Shown: one piece after another, positions 45,256 through 54,841 of the stretch
Position numbering within the stretch: position 1 is the first letter of the stretch
Layout: each line of letters begins with the position of its first letter
Source of the DNA: Flavobacterium sp.
GTDB taxonomy: Bacteria; Bacteroidota; Bacteroidia; Flavobacteriales; Flavobacteriaceae
Reading direction: 5' to 3'
Assembly (NCBI RefSeq): GCF_046293665.1
Contig: NZ_JBKBOL010000007.1
Coordinates: 83,950-147,949, forward strand
Length of the DNA stretch: 64,000 nucleotides
The notes under the pieces: generated by a model
Told to the model about the DNA's origin: nothing
The model's input: only the letters and a program-made list of their open reading frames with translations
Database searches by the model: none
Made by a program: the position numbers and the translations under genes

Positions 45256-48200
45256 TTAGTTTTTCACAATTTTCTGGCTAAAATTTTTGTTAGAATTATC
45301 GCTGATTTTAACGATATATGTTCCGCTTGCTATATTAATAATAGGTATCTTTATCTCTTGTTGGTTGTTGTTTTCAATAGGATAAGTTGAAATTAATTGC
45401 CCTAATAAGTTGAAAAGGGTTACTGATTTTAAATTCAAATTTAAATCGGTATTTTTAATATTAAGACTACTGTCATTGTTGGTGAAATAGATAATAGGAT
45501 TGTTTTCTATTGGTGTATTTACTCCTAAAGTTTGTCCGGAAAAGCGCAATGAAAATCGGTTATTGTATTCGCCAATTGGCAAAGAAATAACAAAGTCATT
45601 ATTGCGGAGATTATGATCAATTCCTGTTTCATTGTCATGGATATAAATAGCCGTTGATTCTGAAATGTTTTCTAATTCAGCAATTTTTATCCTGCTTAAT
45701 CCTTCAATAGAGGTTTTGATTCCTATAGGGATTATTTGTTCAGCATTAAAATTTGGGACTGCTTGAATAGTGAATTTCCCATTACTTATATTCCAGTATA
45801 AATCATCAGAATTTAAATCAATCATCGCTGCATCATAACCAATATCAAACGCATTGGTTGAATTTTGATCAACTCCAACTAAAATTTGTCGGTATAATTG
45901 ATTTGGAGCCTCAAATAGTAATCTTATTTTCTGTCTTTCGTCATTAACGGAGTCTACATTTTCTGAACCATTCTGAGTTCTGAAAAACTGAGAGTCTGCT
46001 ACCGATTCTGCTTTGAAAGCACGTTGGCTGTTTTTAAAAGTAATAGTTCCTCCGGTCACAGGCGTGCTTAAACCTGGATTGTTTCCGGTCAAATCCGTAG
46101 TGGTGCCTGTTCCTATGAAAAAACCTTGGGCTACAGGAATGTATTTTTTTGGAGTTTTTGTTCCATTTGCACCGTTATTAGCCGTCAGAGGATCATTTGA
46201 TAATGCAACAACGCCTCCCATCAAAGTATAAGTGGCATATCCACCAACATATTGACCTAAAATATGAGTTTGTCCTCCAAAGTGATCCCAGAAATACAAC
46301 GCTCCGTTAAAAACATTGGTTGCGGCTCTTCCATCTCCATCTTTAATATTGTCTTTGATAAATTCGTCAGCATCCAAGGCAGAAGGATAAGGGTTTCCAA
46401 CCAAATAAGATTGATTCAAACTAATGTTTAAACCTATGTTTCCATTATTTGGTTTGCCTACGAAAACATAATTCTGTTCCGCCGAAGCCGAACCTAATCC
46501 GGTTACTCCTTTCATAGTGAAACCTTCACCAGGATTTGCAGTTCCGGTACTTCCCAGATGTTGCCATCCGGCATAAACTGTACTAATGCTTGTAAATTTA
46601 TAAATCCAACCGGTACTTAATTTGGCCGGAAAAGTTAAGGCACCGTCTGCAAAATTAACATCCGCACCATAGTTCAAAGCACTTGGGTTAAAAGGATTTA
46701 CGGCAGCATCTGAACCATCTCTTAGTACACCGCTAATGGAATAGTTTGTGCCATTTGTAGTAACGGGCGATGACCAGTAATTGTAATGATAACTACTTTG
46801 TGTTCCTTGTTGGTCTTTTAAAATTTTACCGGTTCCACTCGATGGATTGGCAGTTGTGCCATTCTGTACTATTTGTGCTTCGCCGGTTAAGCGCAAATCA
46901 CCATTTAATAATGACAGATGATTTTGAACAGTTAATTCAAAATGATTAACCAAACTGATTCCTCGGGCACTATTAGAATTGTTAAGCGTTAAATTGTAAA
47001 ATGTTTCGTTGGTTTTTATACCGGTATTTATAGTTTGAACCTGATTAACTGTTGCGCTATTAAAAGTTACTGTTCCCATTCCCGGTGTAAATGTTCCGCT
47101 GTTTCTCCAATCTCTACTAACGTATAAATTGGAGTTGGTAGCCATTGTTAATGATGCTGTATTGGCTATGATAACATCTTGTGCTCTGGCAATATTACTA
47201 TACAAAGCAGCAAAACTAGAGGTTGAAGGATCAATAAGTGGCATTCTCACGGCACCGGCCGGAATTTGAGCATTGACAGTAGCCGATGGCATTCCGCCAG
47301 CCCAGTTTTTACAATCAAACCAATCTGTACTTTCAGCTCCTGTCCATAATCCCGGGGTTCCATTTAGAACGGTAACTACGGCTGATCCGGTCATTCCGGC
47401 TGCATTTGCTGTACATCTTGAGTCACTTAAAGCAGTGATTGTAAATGTTCGATTTGTGGTTATCCCATTAACATTAAAAACATACGGATTAGTATTGATG
47501 TTGTTTACCGTTGTAGTTGTTGATCCATTGCTGTAAGTTATACTCCAAGGAGCAACACCTGTTAAAGCAATACTAAAAGTTGCCGGACTACCTGAACAAA
47601 TGGTTTGATTCGGACCAATATTTGCTGTTGGTCTTTGATTTACATTTACGGTGATATAAGTGGTTCCTTCAGGGCCATAACTGGTACAACCATTTAAAAA
47701 TGAAGTAACCGCATAAGTTGTAGTAACTGTTGGAGTTACATTTACAGATGAAGTATTGCTAATTACTTGACCGGTAATCGAATCAACCCATTGTGTAGTA
47801 AGATTAGAAGGCGTTTCCGGGATTAAGATATTGTCAATAGCCCATGAACTGTTAGCGGTTCCATTATATACAAATCGGATTCTTAAATTAGGTTGCCCGA
47901 TATAGCTACTTAAATCAATAGTTTGATTCGGAAAGGCATTATAAGGAGTTCTGGTGCTTGCTCCAGTAAAAGAAGCCAAAACAACAGTATAAGTAGTTCC
48001 ACCATCTAAAGACAACTCAATAGAAACAGAAGCTCCGGTTTGCAAATTGAATGCATGATTAAAGCTTAAACTTGCTGAGCTCAATCCAAAAGTATTAAAA
48101 ATCGGTGTTTGCATAATGGAGTTAAAATTTCCATTAGCTATAGCAAATTTTCCAATCGAAGTATAGTTAATTCCTGAATAAGTTCCGCCATTAGTTGCAC

Positions 48201-50283
48201 TCAGTCTGAAAGGTCCTTCTGCAGTATTACTTCCACCGGCATTCAAACAGTTTCCACAACCATCTACCAACCAATTATCAGGGTTGGCATTGCTAAAAGT
48301 TCCGCCATTGGCTAAATAAGAACTGGTTGAAAATCCGCTTTCAGAATACAATACTGAAGAACCGCCAACACAAATAGTTTGTGGAGTTGCTGTCACAGGA
48401 GTAGGTCTAATATTTGGAATAACATCAATTAAAGCAATATAAGAATAAGCCAAATTACAAGAAACACCATTCTGAACTACTGCTCTAAAAAAGGTTGTTT
48501 GAGTAATATTACTGTAAGTAAGAGCAGTAGTCGTATTCGTAATTGGTGTCCATGTAGTACCGCCATTGGTAGTAGATTCCCAACGAACAACATCTCCGGT
48601 ATGACCACTTAAATAAACAGTTCCGGAACCAAAATGACATACAGTTGTTGTTCTAACAACCGGACTAACATTTGGTAATGAAATGGAAGCAGTTCCACCA
48701 ACACTCTGACTGTTTACATTAATTGCAGCTTGATTAGTAGTTAAATCAGTATCGCATCCATTACTAATTACACAATAATAATCCGTAGCCGAATCTGCCG
48801 GAGTAATCAGATTAAAAATCAGATTAGAAGAGTTTACACCTGAAATAGTGCCGCCATTAATTAAAGCAGTTGGTCCTTTGTACCATTGGTAGTTTAAAAG
48901 ATCACCATTGACTATAACTGAGATTGAGGCTGAACCATTTTCACAAATATTTTGAGATGGATTTGGTTGTGTTTCTATAAACATTTGTTGAGGAATGCTT
49001 ATCGGGCTTGTAGTGTTGAAACAAGTTGTGTTGTTGTCTGTAAACGTGAAAGTTACAGAGCCGGAGCTCAAACCGGTTATTGTTCCCGAATTATCTATAC
49101 TGGCTTTTGTAACATCATTGCTAATCCATGAACCGCCTGAATTGGGCAATAATTGAGCAGTGCTTCCTATGCATATTTGGCTAGGACCACTAACTGTTGG
49201 AGCAGTATTTACAGTTATGTTTATAGAAGTGGAAGATGAGCAACCGTTTGCATCAGTTAAAGTATAGGAAATTATAGTGTTACCCGAAGCTATTCCTGTT
49301 ACAACTCCGGAAGCATTTACAGTAGCGATATTGGTTGATCCTGAACTCCAACTTCCTCCCAAACTTGTATTGGATAGCATTGTTGTGGCTCCCGGACAAA
49401 CGGTTGTGTTTCCGGTTATTGGGTCAACAATAGGAAGTGGATTAACTGTAAATGTGCCTAAACTGATTCCTGTTCCTTGAGTAGTGGTTAAGGAGATTGT
49501 TCCTGAAGTAGCTCCGGCCGGTAAAGATGCAGTTACTTGTGTATTGCTGTTTTGAATAAAAGTGGCATTCGTTCCGTTAAAACTTACAACGGTGGTACCG
49601 GCAATATGATTTCCGGTAATTACTACAGAGGCATTAGAGCCTATACAAGCGCTAGAGGGAGAAAAACCAATCATGGTGTAATGAACAGTTATCCTTATAT
49701 AATCAACAGTAGCAGTTAAACTATTATTGGCATTTACAGAAAGTACAGCACCAAAATTGGCAGCGTTAATTTCAGCAGGCGTCCAAGTGCTACCCCAAGT
49801 GTCTGTAGCAGATCCATAAGTAGCGATAGTTAATGAAGTTGTATAAGCAGTAGTCGTAGCTTTGTCAACACCAACAATCACTCCGTTTTTTACTAAATAA
49901 ACATCATTATCTCTTGTAACTCTACCACCAGTTGTACTACTAGTGCTTCTTCTAATATTTACTACAATTCCATTTATGATAGCGCTTGTTGGAATAGCAA
50001 AGCCATAATTGCTACCTAAAAGATAATCGGTATTTGCTGCACCACTAAAAATAGCTGTGGCATAATTAGTATCTCCAGTATTAGTGATGTTACCTGAATT
50101 TGTCCAATCAACATTGGCACCGGGGATAAAAGTCCCAGAACTCGGATTGTTTGGGCCGGCAGTTTGCGCTGTTGAAGATTGGCTTCCTAAAAGTAAAAGC
50201 ACAACTAGAAGTAGGATGTATTTTTTTGAAAAAAATAATTCTAGTGAAAATCTATTCTCTCTTTGTATGTAGTTTTTTTTCAT
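45256..50283 (-). CDS. Giant T9SS-sorted surface protein (IPT/TIG-like, Big_2-like, Ig arrays, jelly-roll domain, conserved C-terminal module)
   Basis: 1675 aa with a signal peptide, 'FSPSSACIGSNASVVITG' (IPT-like) and 'ATVNASGVVTGIASGNTIISY' (Big_2-like). The C-terminal tail is 'VTLFNLLGQLI...SGTYIVKISDNS...QKIVKN'. Its C-terminal about 700 aa are collinear with the 1906-aa neighbour. Confidence 0.85.
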   Translation of the reverse strand: MKKNYIQRENRFSLELFFSKKYILLLVVLLLLGSQSSTAQTAGPNNPSSGTFIPGANVDWTNSGNITNTGDTNYATAIFSGAANTDYLLGSNYGFAIPTSAIINGIVVNIRRSTSSTTGGRVTRDNDVYLVKNGVIVGVDKATTTAYTTSLTIATYGSATDTWGSTWTPAEINAANFGAVLSVNANNSLTATVDYIRITVHYTMIGFSPSSACIGSNASVVITGNHIAGTTVVSFNGTNATFIQNSNTQVTASLPAGATSGTISLTTTQGTGISLGTFTVNPLPIVDPITGNTTVCPGATTMLSNTSLGGSWSSGSTNIATVNASGVVTGIASGNTIISYTLTDANGCSSSTSINITVNTAPTVSGPSQICIGSTAQLLPNSGGSWISNDVTKASIDNSGTITGLSSGSVTFTFTDNNTTCFNTTSPISIPQQMFIETQPNPSQNICENGSASISVIVNGDLLNYQWYKGPTALINGGTISGVNSSNLIFNLITPADSATDYYCVISNGCDTDLTTNQAAINVNSQSVGGTASISLPNVSPVVRTTTVCHFGSGTVYLSGHTGDVVRWESTTNGGTTWTPITNTTTALTYSNITQTTFFRAVVQNGVSCNLAYSYIALIDVIPNIRPTPVTATPQTICVGGSSVLYSESGFSTSSYLANGGTFSNANPDNWLVDGCGNCLNAGGSNTAEGPFRLSATNGGTYSGINYTSIGKFAIANGNFNSIMQTPIFNTFGLSSASLSFNHAFNLQTGASVSIELSLDGGTTYTVVLASFTGASTRTPYNAFPNQTIDLSSYIGQPNLRIRFVYNGTANSSWAIDNILIPETPSNLTTQWVDSITGQVISNTSSVNVTPTVTTTYAVTSFLNGCTSYGPEGTTYITVNVNQRPTANIGPNQTICSGSPATFSIALTGVAPWSITYSNGSTTTTVNNINTNPYVFNVNGITTNRTFTITALSDSRCTANAAGMTGSAVVTVLNGTPGLWTGAESTDWFDCKNWAGGMPSATVNAQIPAGAVRMPLIDPSTSSFAALYSNIARAQDVIIANTASLTMATNSNLYVSRDWRNSGTFTPGMGTVTFNSATVNQVQTINTGIKTNETFYNLTLNNSNSARGISLVNHFELTVQNHLSLLNGDLRLTGEAQIVQNGTTANPSSGTGKILKDQQGTQSSYHYNYWSSPVTTNGTNYSISGVLRDGSDAAVNPFNPSALNYGADVNFADGALTFPAKLSTGWIYKFTSISTVYAGWQHLGSTGTANPGEGFTMKGVTGLGSASAEQNYVFVGKPNNGNIGLNISLNQSYLVGNPYPSALDADEFIKDNIKDGDGRAATNVFNGALYFWDHFGGQTHILGQYVGGYATYTLMGGVVALSNDPLTANNGANGTKTPKKYIPVAQGFFIGTGTTTDLTGNNPGLSTPVTGGTITFKNSQRAFKAESVADSQFFRTQNGSENVDSVNDERQKIRLLFEAPNQLYRQILVGVDQNSTNAFDIGYDAAMIDLNSDDLYWNISNGKFTIQAVPNFNAEQIIPIGIKTSIEGLSRIKIAELENISESTAIYIHDNETGIDHNLRNNDFVISLPIGEYNNRFSLRFSGQTLGVNTPIENNPIIYFTNNDSSLNIKNTDLNLNLKSVTLFNLLGQLISTYPIENNNQQEIKIPIINIASGTYIVKISDNSNKNFSQKIVKN

Positions 50284-50318
50284 AGGGCGATGAATTTTAA
50301 ACTTTGTTAATACTGATA

Positions 50319-50326
50319 CAAATTTA
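50319..50326 (-). promoter_or_regulatory. Candidate -7 box TAAATTTG for the 1675-aa gene
   Basis: Exact TAnnTTTG, 35 nt upstream of the ATG at 50283. Confidence 0.45.
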
Positions 50327-50623
50327 AAGTGCCTACTTTCAGATGGTTATCTTTTTAGTTGTATTGCTTCAAAAATCGATTAACTACCACTTTTCGAGTG
50401 TTTTTATGAATTTTACAAAGGTATATGGTCAAAAAACACGCTTGTAAGTTGTTTAAAAACAGGATTTTACGATATTTTAAAGATGCACTTTATCGTGTTT
50501 TTTTGCTGTTGAAAGATAGTTTTAACAGAAATGGATCTGTGGTACTCAGGCTTAATGGTTTTCATCAGAGTATTCTTTTAGTTTAATATGTTAATTCAGA
50601 TCGGGCAGATGTTATAAAATACC

Positions 50624-50631
50624 TATATTTG
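50624..50631 (+). promoter_or_regulatory. Candidate -7 box TATATTTG for the TPR gene and mpl
   Basis: Exact TAnnTTTG, 26 nt upstream of the ATG at 50658. Confidence 0.45.
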
Positions 50632-50657
50632 TTACTCTATAAAACCGAAAGTGTTTA

Positions 50658-51356
50658 ATGAAACTTATTCTTAAAATCATCTTTTTACTTCCACTAATGG
50701 GCTTTTCACAATCCGATTTTGAAAAAGCAGAGAAATTGTTTCACCAGTCGAAGCATGCTTTAGCCAAACCCATCTTTGAGAATATTCTAAAAGAAAAACC
50801 AAGTGATTTAAAAACTTTAGAGTATTTAGGTGACATTGAAGGCGCCAGTAAAGCATGGACTAATGCCATGTTTTATTATGACAAATTGAGGAAACTCAAG
50901 CCATCTGAAGCCAATTATCATTACAAATACGGTGGCTGTCTTGGGATGAAAGCCAAAGAATCTAATAAATTCAAAGCTTTGGGAATGATTGATGACATCA
51001 AATCATCTTTTGAAAAAGCCATTCAACTCAATCCTAATCATATAGAAGCGCGCTGGGCATTAATTGAATTGTATTTAGAATTACCCGGAATAGTAGGAGG
51101 AAGTGAAAAAAAAGCACACAAATATTCAGACGAGTTATTCAAAATTTCTCTCGTAGATGGCTATTTGTCCAAAGGACGCATAGCAGAATATTTTAATCGA
51201 TACAAAGAAGCCGAAAGTAATTATAAAAAAGCCATTGAAATTGGCGGTTCTAAAACTTCTTATCAAAAATTGGCTAATTTGTACAAAAACAAAATGAACC
51301 AGCCCGAAAAAGCCAAATTAGTCTTAGAAACCTATCAAGAAAAAAACAAGTCATAA
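50658..51356 (+). CDS. Secreted tetratricopeptide-repeat protein
   Basis: 232 aa with a signal peptide and TPR-like helical repeats ('AIQLNPNHIEARWALIELY', 'AESNYKKAIEIG'). Confidence 0.7.
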   Translation: MKLILKIIFLLPLMGFSQSDFEKAEKLFHQSKHALAKPIFENILKEKPSDLKTLEYLGDIEGASKAWTNAMFYYDKLRKLKPSEANYHYKYGGCLGMKAKESNKFKALGMIDDIKSSFEKAIQLNPNHIEARWALIELYLELPGIVGGSEKKAHKYSDELFKISLVDGYLSKGRIAEYFNRYKEAESNYKKAIEIGGSKTSYQKLANLYKNKMNQPEKAKLVLETYQEKNKS

Positions 51357-51360
51357 AAAC

Positions 51361-52716
51361 ATGCGAACTCATTTTATAGCTATTGGTGGCGCAGCCATGC
51401 ACAATTTAGCCTTGGCTTTACACAACAAAGGATATCAAGTTACCGGAAGCGATGATGCTATTTTTGAACCTTCCAAATCAAGATTACATAAGAAAGGATT
51501 GTTACCTGCCGAAATGGGTTGGTTTCCCGAAAAAATCACAACCGATATCGAAGCCATTATTTTAGGAATGCACGCCAAAGCAGACAATCCTGAATTGTTG
51601 AAAGCACAAGAACTCGGACTCAAAATTTATTCCTATCCCGAATTTTTATACGAACAATCCAAAAATAAAACCCGAGTGGTCATTGGTGGTTCACACGGGA
51701 AAACGACCATTACTTCCATGATTTTGCACGTGATGCATTTTCACAATATCGAAGTCGATTACATGGTCGGTGCCCAATTAGAAGGTTTTGATACCATGGT
51801 TCATCTCACGCATGACAATGATTTTATCGTTTTAGAAGGCGATGAATATTTGTCGTCACCCATCGACAGAAGACCAAAATTTCATTTGTACCAACCTAAT
51901 ATAGCCTTGCTTTCCGGCATTGCATGGGATCATATCAATGTATTTCCAACGTTTGAAAACTACGTAGAGCAATTTGAAATTTTTGTCAACCAAATTACCA
52001 AAGGCGGCATTCTAGTCTATAACGAAGAAGACGAAACTGTTAAAAAAGTAGCTGAAGAAAGTACCAATACCATTCGAAGATTGCCTTATCAAACGCCAAG
52101 CTATACCGTAAAAGACGGAACAACTTTATTAGATACGCCTGAAGGACCAATGCCAATTGAAGTTTTTGGAGCACACAATCTCAATAATTTAGCTGGCGCC
52201 AAATGGATTTGCCAAAATATGGGTGTAGACGAAGCCGATTTCTACGAAGCCATTGCCAGTTTCAAAGGCGCATCCAAACGTTTGGAAAAAATTGCCGAAA
52301 GCAAAGGCAAAGTAGCCTACAAAGATTTCGCCCATTCGCCAAGTAAAGTATCCGCAACAACCAAAGCGGTTAAATCGCAATATCCGGATAGAAAATTAGT
52401 AGCGTGTTTAGAATTGCATACTTACAGTAGTTTGAACGCCGAATTCCTAAAAGAATACGAAGGCGCATTAGATGCAGCTGATGTTGCCGTGGTTTTTTAT
52501 TCTCCCGATGCCGTTAAAATCAAACAATTAGAGGAAGTAACTTATGACCAAATCGCCCAATCGTTCAAACGAGATGATTTAATTATTTATACCAATCCAG
52601 CGGAGTTCAAAGACTTTTTGTTCTCCTATGATTTGAACAATTCAGCGTTGCTGTTAATGAGTTCAGGAAATTATGGCGGATTGAACTTTGATGAGGTGAA
52701 AAATTTAATTTCTTAA
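51361..52716 (+). CDS. mpl: UDP-N-acetylmuramate:L-alanyl-gamma-D-glutamyl-meso-DAP ligase (murein peptide ligase)
   Basis: 451 aa Mur ligase with 'HFIAIGGAAMHNLALAL', 'GSHGKTTITSM' and 'EGDEY'. Confidence 0.85.
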   Translation: MRTHFIAIGGAAMHNLALALHNKGYQVTGSDDAIFEPSKSRLHKKGLLPAEMGWFPEKITTDIEAIILGMHAKADNPELLKAQELGLKIYSYPEFLYEQSKNKTRVVIGGSHGKTTITSMILHVMHFHNIEVDYMVGAQLEGFDTMVHLTHDNDFIVLEGDEYLSSPIDRRPKFHLYQPNIALLSGIAWDHINVFPTFENYVEQFEIFVNQITKGGILVYNEEDETVKKVAEESTNTIRRLPYQTPSYTVKDGTTLLDTPEGPMPIEVFGAHNLNNLAGAKWICQNMGVDEADFYEAIASFKGASKRLEKIAESKGKVAYKDFAHSPSKVSATTKAVKSQYPDRKLVACLELHTYSSLNAEFLKEYEGALDAADVAVVFYSPDAVKIKQLEEVTYDQIAQSFKRDDLIIYTNPAEFKDFLFSYDLNNSALLLMSSGNYGGLNFDEVKNLIS

Positions 52717-52800
52717 TTTGAAAATTAAGTTTATCATTTTCAAATCTTCACCCGAGGGCAAAGCCTGAACTGAACGAAGTTAAATTGACTAATCTTCAAA

Positions 52801-53415
52801 TCAGTTTCCGTATTTAAAATGCCCAACAATTTCATAACTAAACAAGCAATCTTCTAAAACTTGTCCGCCACCAACATTATGCACTATCATCGGATTGCCG
52901 TCCGGTGATTTTTTATGGGTTATGATGCCAATGTGCGGCAATTTTCCGTTTATCATCCAAGTGACCATTTCACCGGTTTTGTAATCGTCAGGATTTTGGG
53001 TAACCGGTAGTTTTTTGCCTTTTCGAGTAAAGAATGTTTCCAGATTTGGTACTCTTCGGTGGTCAATATTGGTGTCCGTTTTCTTTAAACCCCATTTGGT
53101 CGGATATTTAGAAAAGTTGGCTTTCATATCTTCATGCACTTCTTTTTGCAAATCAATCCCTAATTTTCGATAAGCCCGAATCACAACATCGGTGCAAACT
53201 CCGGTTTTGGCAGGAACATCGCCATTCGGGTATTTTATAGCAACATAAGTTGGTGTGTAAATAATATTCGGGTCAATAATTGAAATCGCAGCCACTGCTA
53301 GTTTTTCTTCAAATGAGTTGGGCTTTGCTTCAATAACACCATTATTGATATCATTATTTTTTTGTCCACAAGTTAAAAATGTAAGTAAAATTAGCGAAAA
53401 ATAAAAAGTTTTCAT
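52801..53415 (-). CDS. DUF1287-family secreted protein
   Basis: 204 aa with a signal peptide. 'GVCTDVVIRAYRKLGIDLQ...DHRRVPNL' resembles DUF1287. This is recognised from memory, not searched. Confidence 0.6.
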   Translation of the reverse strand: MKTFYFSLILLTFLTCGQKNNDINNGVIEAKPNSFEEKLAVAAISIIDPNIIYTPTYVAIKYPNGDVPAKTGVCTDVVIRAYRKLGIDLQKEVHEDMKANFSKYPTKWGLKKTDTNIDHRRVPNLETFFTRKGKKLPVTQNPDDYKTGEMVTWMINGKLPHIGIITHKKSPDGNPMIVHNVGGGQVLEDCLFSYEIVGHFKYGN

Positions 53416-53465
53416 ACTTTTAGTGTTTAAATAACTAACGATAAATCTTTTATTTTAGTATTGCG

Positions 53466-54155
53466 TTGGAACAAAATTTCTCTATAAAGAATTGGGCTGA
53501 AGACGATAAGCCACGCGAAAAGCTCATGCTCAAAGGCAAAGCAGTTTTAAGTGACGCCGAGTTGATTGCCATTCTCATTGGTTCCGGAAGTCGGAATGAA
53601 AGCGCTGTTTCATTAAGTAAAAGAATTTTATCGAGTGTAAATAACAACCTCAATGCTTTGGGAAAATTGTCACAGAAACAGTTAATGGAATTCAAAGGAA
53701 TAGGCGAGGCAAAGGCTGTTTCCATTGCAGCAGCGTTAGAATTAGGCAGAAGGAGAAGAGCAGAAGAAACGGTAGACTTGCAAAAAATTACTTCTAGCAA
53801 AGCGGTTTTCGACATTATGCAACCCATCATTGGCGAATTGTTGCACGAAGAATTTTGGGTGTTGTATTTAAATAATTCCAATAAAGTGATTTATAAAGCA
53901 CAATTGTCAAAAGGCGGAATCACAGGTACTGTAGTCGATGTGCGTTTAATTTTCAAAATGGCTTTGGAGCACAATGCGACAGCAATAATTTTATCCCATA
54001 ATCATCCTTCGGGTAAACTATTGGCTAGTGATGCCGACCGAGATATCACTAAAAAACTTAAATTTGCCGGAGAGCAATTGGATATCAAAGTGCTCGACCA
54101 TATTATCATTACCGAAAACGGCTATTTGAGCTTTCAAGACGAAGGCATTTTTTAA
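53466..54155 (+). CDS. radC: RadC-family JAMM-motif protein
   Basis: 229 aa with 'DDKPREKL', HhH 'GIGEAKAVSIAAALELGRR' and JAMM 'ILSHNHPSGKLLASDADRDIT'. TTG start per the ORF track. Confidence 0.85.
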   Translation: MEQNFSIKNWAEDDKPREKLMLKGKAVLSDAELIAILIGSGSRNESAVSLSKRILSSVNNNLNALGKLSQKQLMEFKGIGEAKAVSIAAALELGRRRRAEETVDLQKITSSKAVFDIMQPIIGELLHEEFWVLYLNNSNKVIYKAQLSKGGITGTVVDVRLIFKMALEHNATAIILSHNHPSGKLLASDADRDITKKLKFAGEQLDIKVLDHIIITENGYLSFQDEGIF

Positions 54156-54156
54156 A

Positions 54157-54840
54157 ATGAAACACATCACCGATATTTTTTTTGACCTTGATCATACGCT
54201 TTGGGATTTTGACAGAAACTCTGTTTTGGCCTTTGACAAGATTTTTAAAGTACATCATCCATCTATTAATACAGACGAATTTATAGAAATTTACGCACCC
54301 ATAAACCAAGCGTGTTGGAAGTTGTACCAAGTAGATAAAATTACGCATGAAGAATTGCGTTACCAACGATTAAAGCAATCTTTTGACGCCATGAGTTATG
54401 CTATTTCAGATGAAGCTATCGATAAAATTTCACATGATTATATTGCTTTTTTACCCGACAATAATCAGCTGTTTGAAGGCGCTATTGAAGTCTTAGATTA
54501 TTTATCACCGAAATATAATTTGCATATTATTACCAATGGTTTTGCTGAGGTTCAGTATAAAAAAATAAACAATTCCGGATTGGGAAATTATTTTAAAACG
54601 ATAACCAATTCAGAAATGGCCGGCGTCAAAAAACCACACCGAAACATATTTGAATTTGCCCTATCTTTGGCCAAAACCAATAAAGAAAATGCCATTATGA
54701 TTGGCGATTGCATCGATGCTGATGTCAGAGGAGCCATTGATTTCGGAATGCAAGCCATTTTGTTTGATGAGAAAAACTTCCATAACATACCCGAAGTACT
54801 TACCATCAATCGTTTAGTGGAATTAAAAAATATTTTGTAA
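54157..54840 (+). CDS. HAD-IA hydrolase (YjjG-like nucleotidase)
   Basis: 227 aa with motif I 'FFDLDHTLWDF', 'ITNG' and 'MIGDCIDADVRGA'. Confidence 0.8.
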   Translation: MKHITDIFFDLDHTLWDFDRNSVLAFDKIFKVHHPSINTDEFIEIYAPINQACWKLYQVDKITHEELRYQRLKQSFDAMSYAISDEAIDKISHDYIAFLPDNNQLFEGAIEVLDYLSPKYNLHIITNGFAEVQYKKINNSGLGNYFKTITNSEMAGVKKPHRNIFEFALSLAKTNKENAIMIGDCIDADVRGAIDFGMQAILFDEKNFHNIPEVLTINRLVELKNIL

Positions 54841-54841
54841 T

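Noticed and set aside
41610-50272. Plus-strand ORFs antisense to the two giant adhesin genes
   Set aside because: The reasoning is the same as for the A2M antisense ORFs. They are Val/Pro-rich reverse readings of Thr/Gly/Asn-rich coding sequence.
50406-50565. Mini-ORFs (12 codons on the plus strand at about 50406, 32 codons on the minus strand from 50565) in the long intergenic region
   Set aside because: They have no promoter or initiation context, no hydrophobic or Cys-rich signature of known small proteins, and are too short to support.
53450-53881. 143-aa minus-strand ORF opposite radC
   Set aside because: It lies entirely antisense to a well-supported RadC CDS, has low-complexity Ser/Leu/Ala-rich sequence and no recognisable motif. 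This is typical shadow-ORF behaviour.
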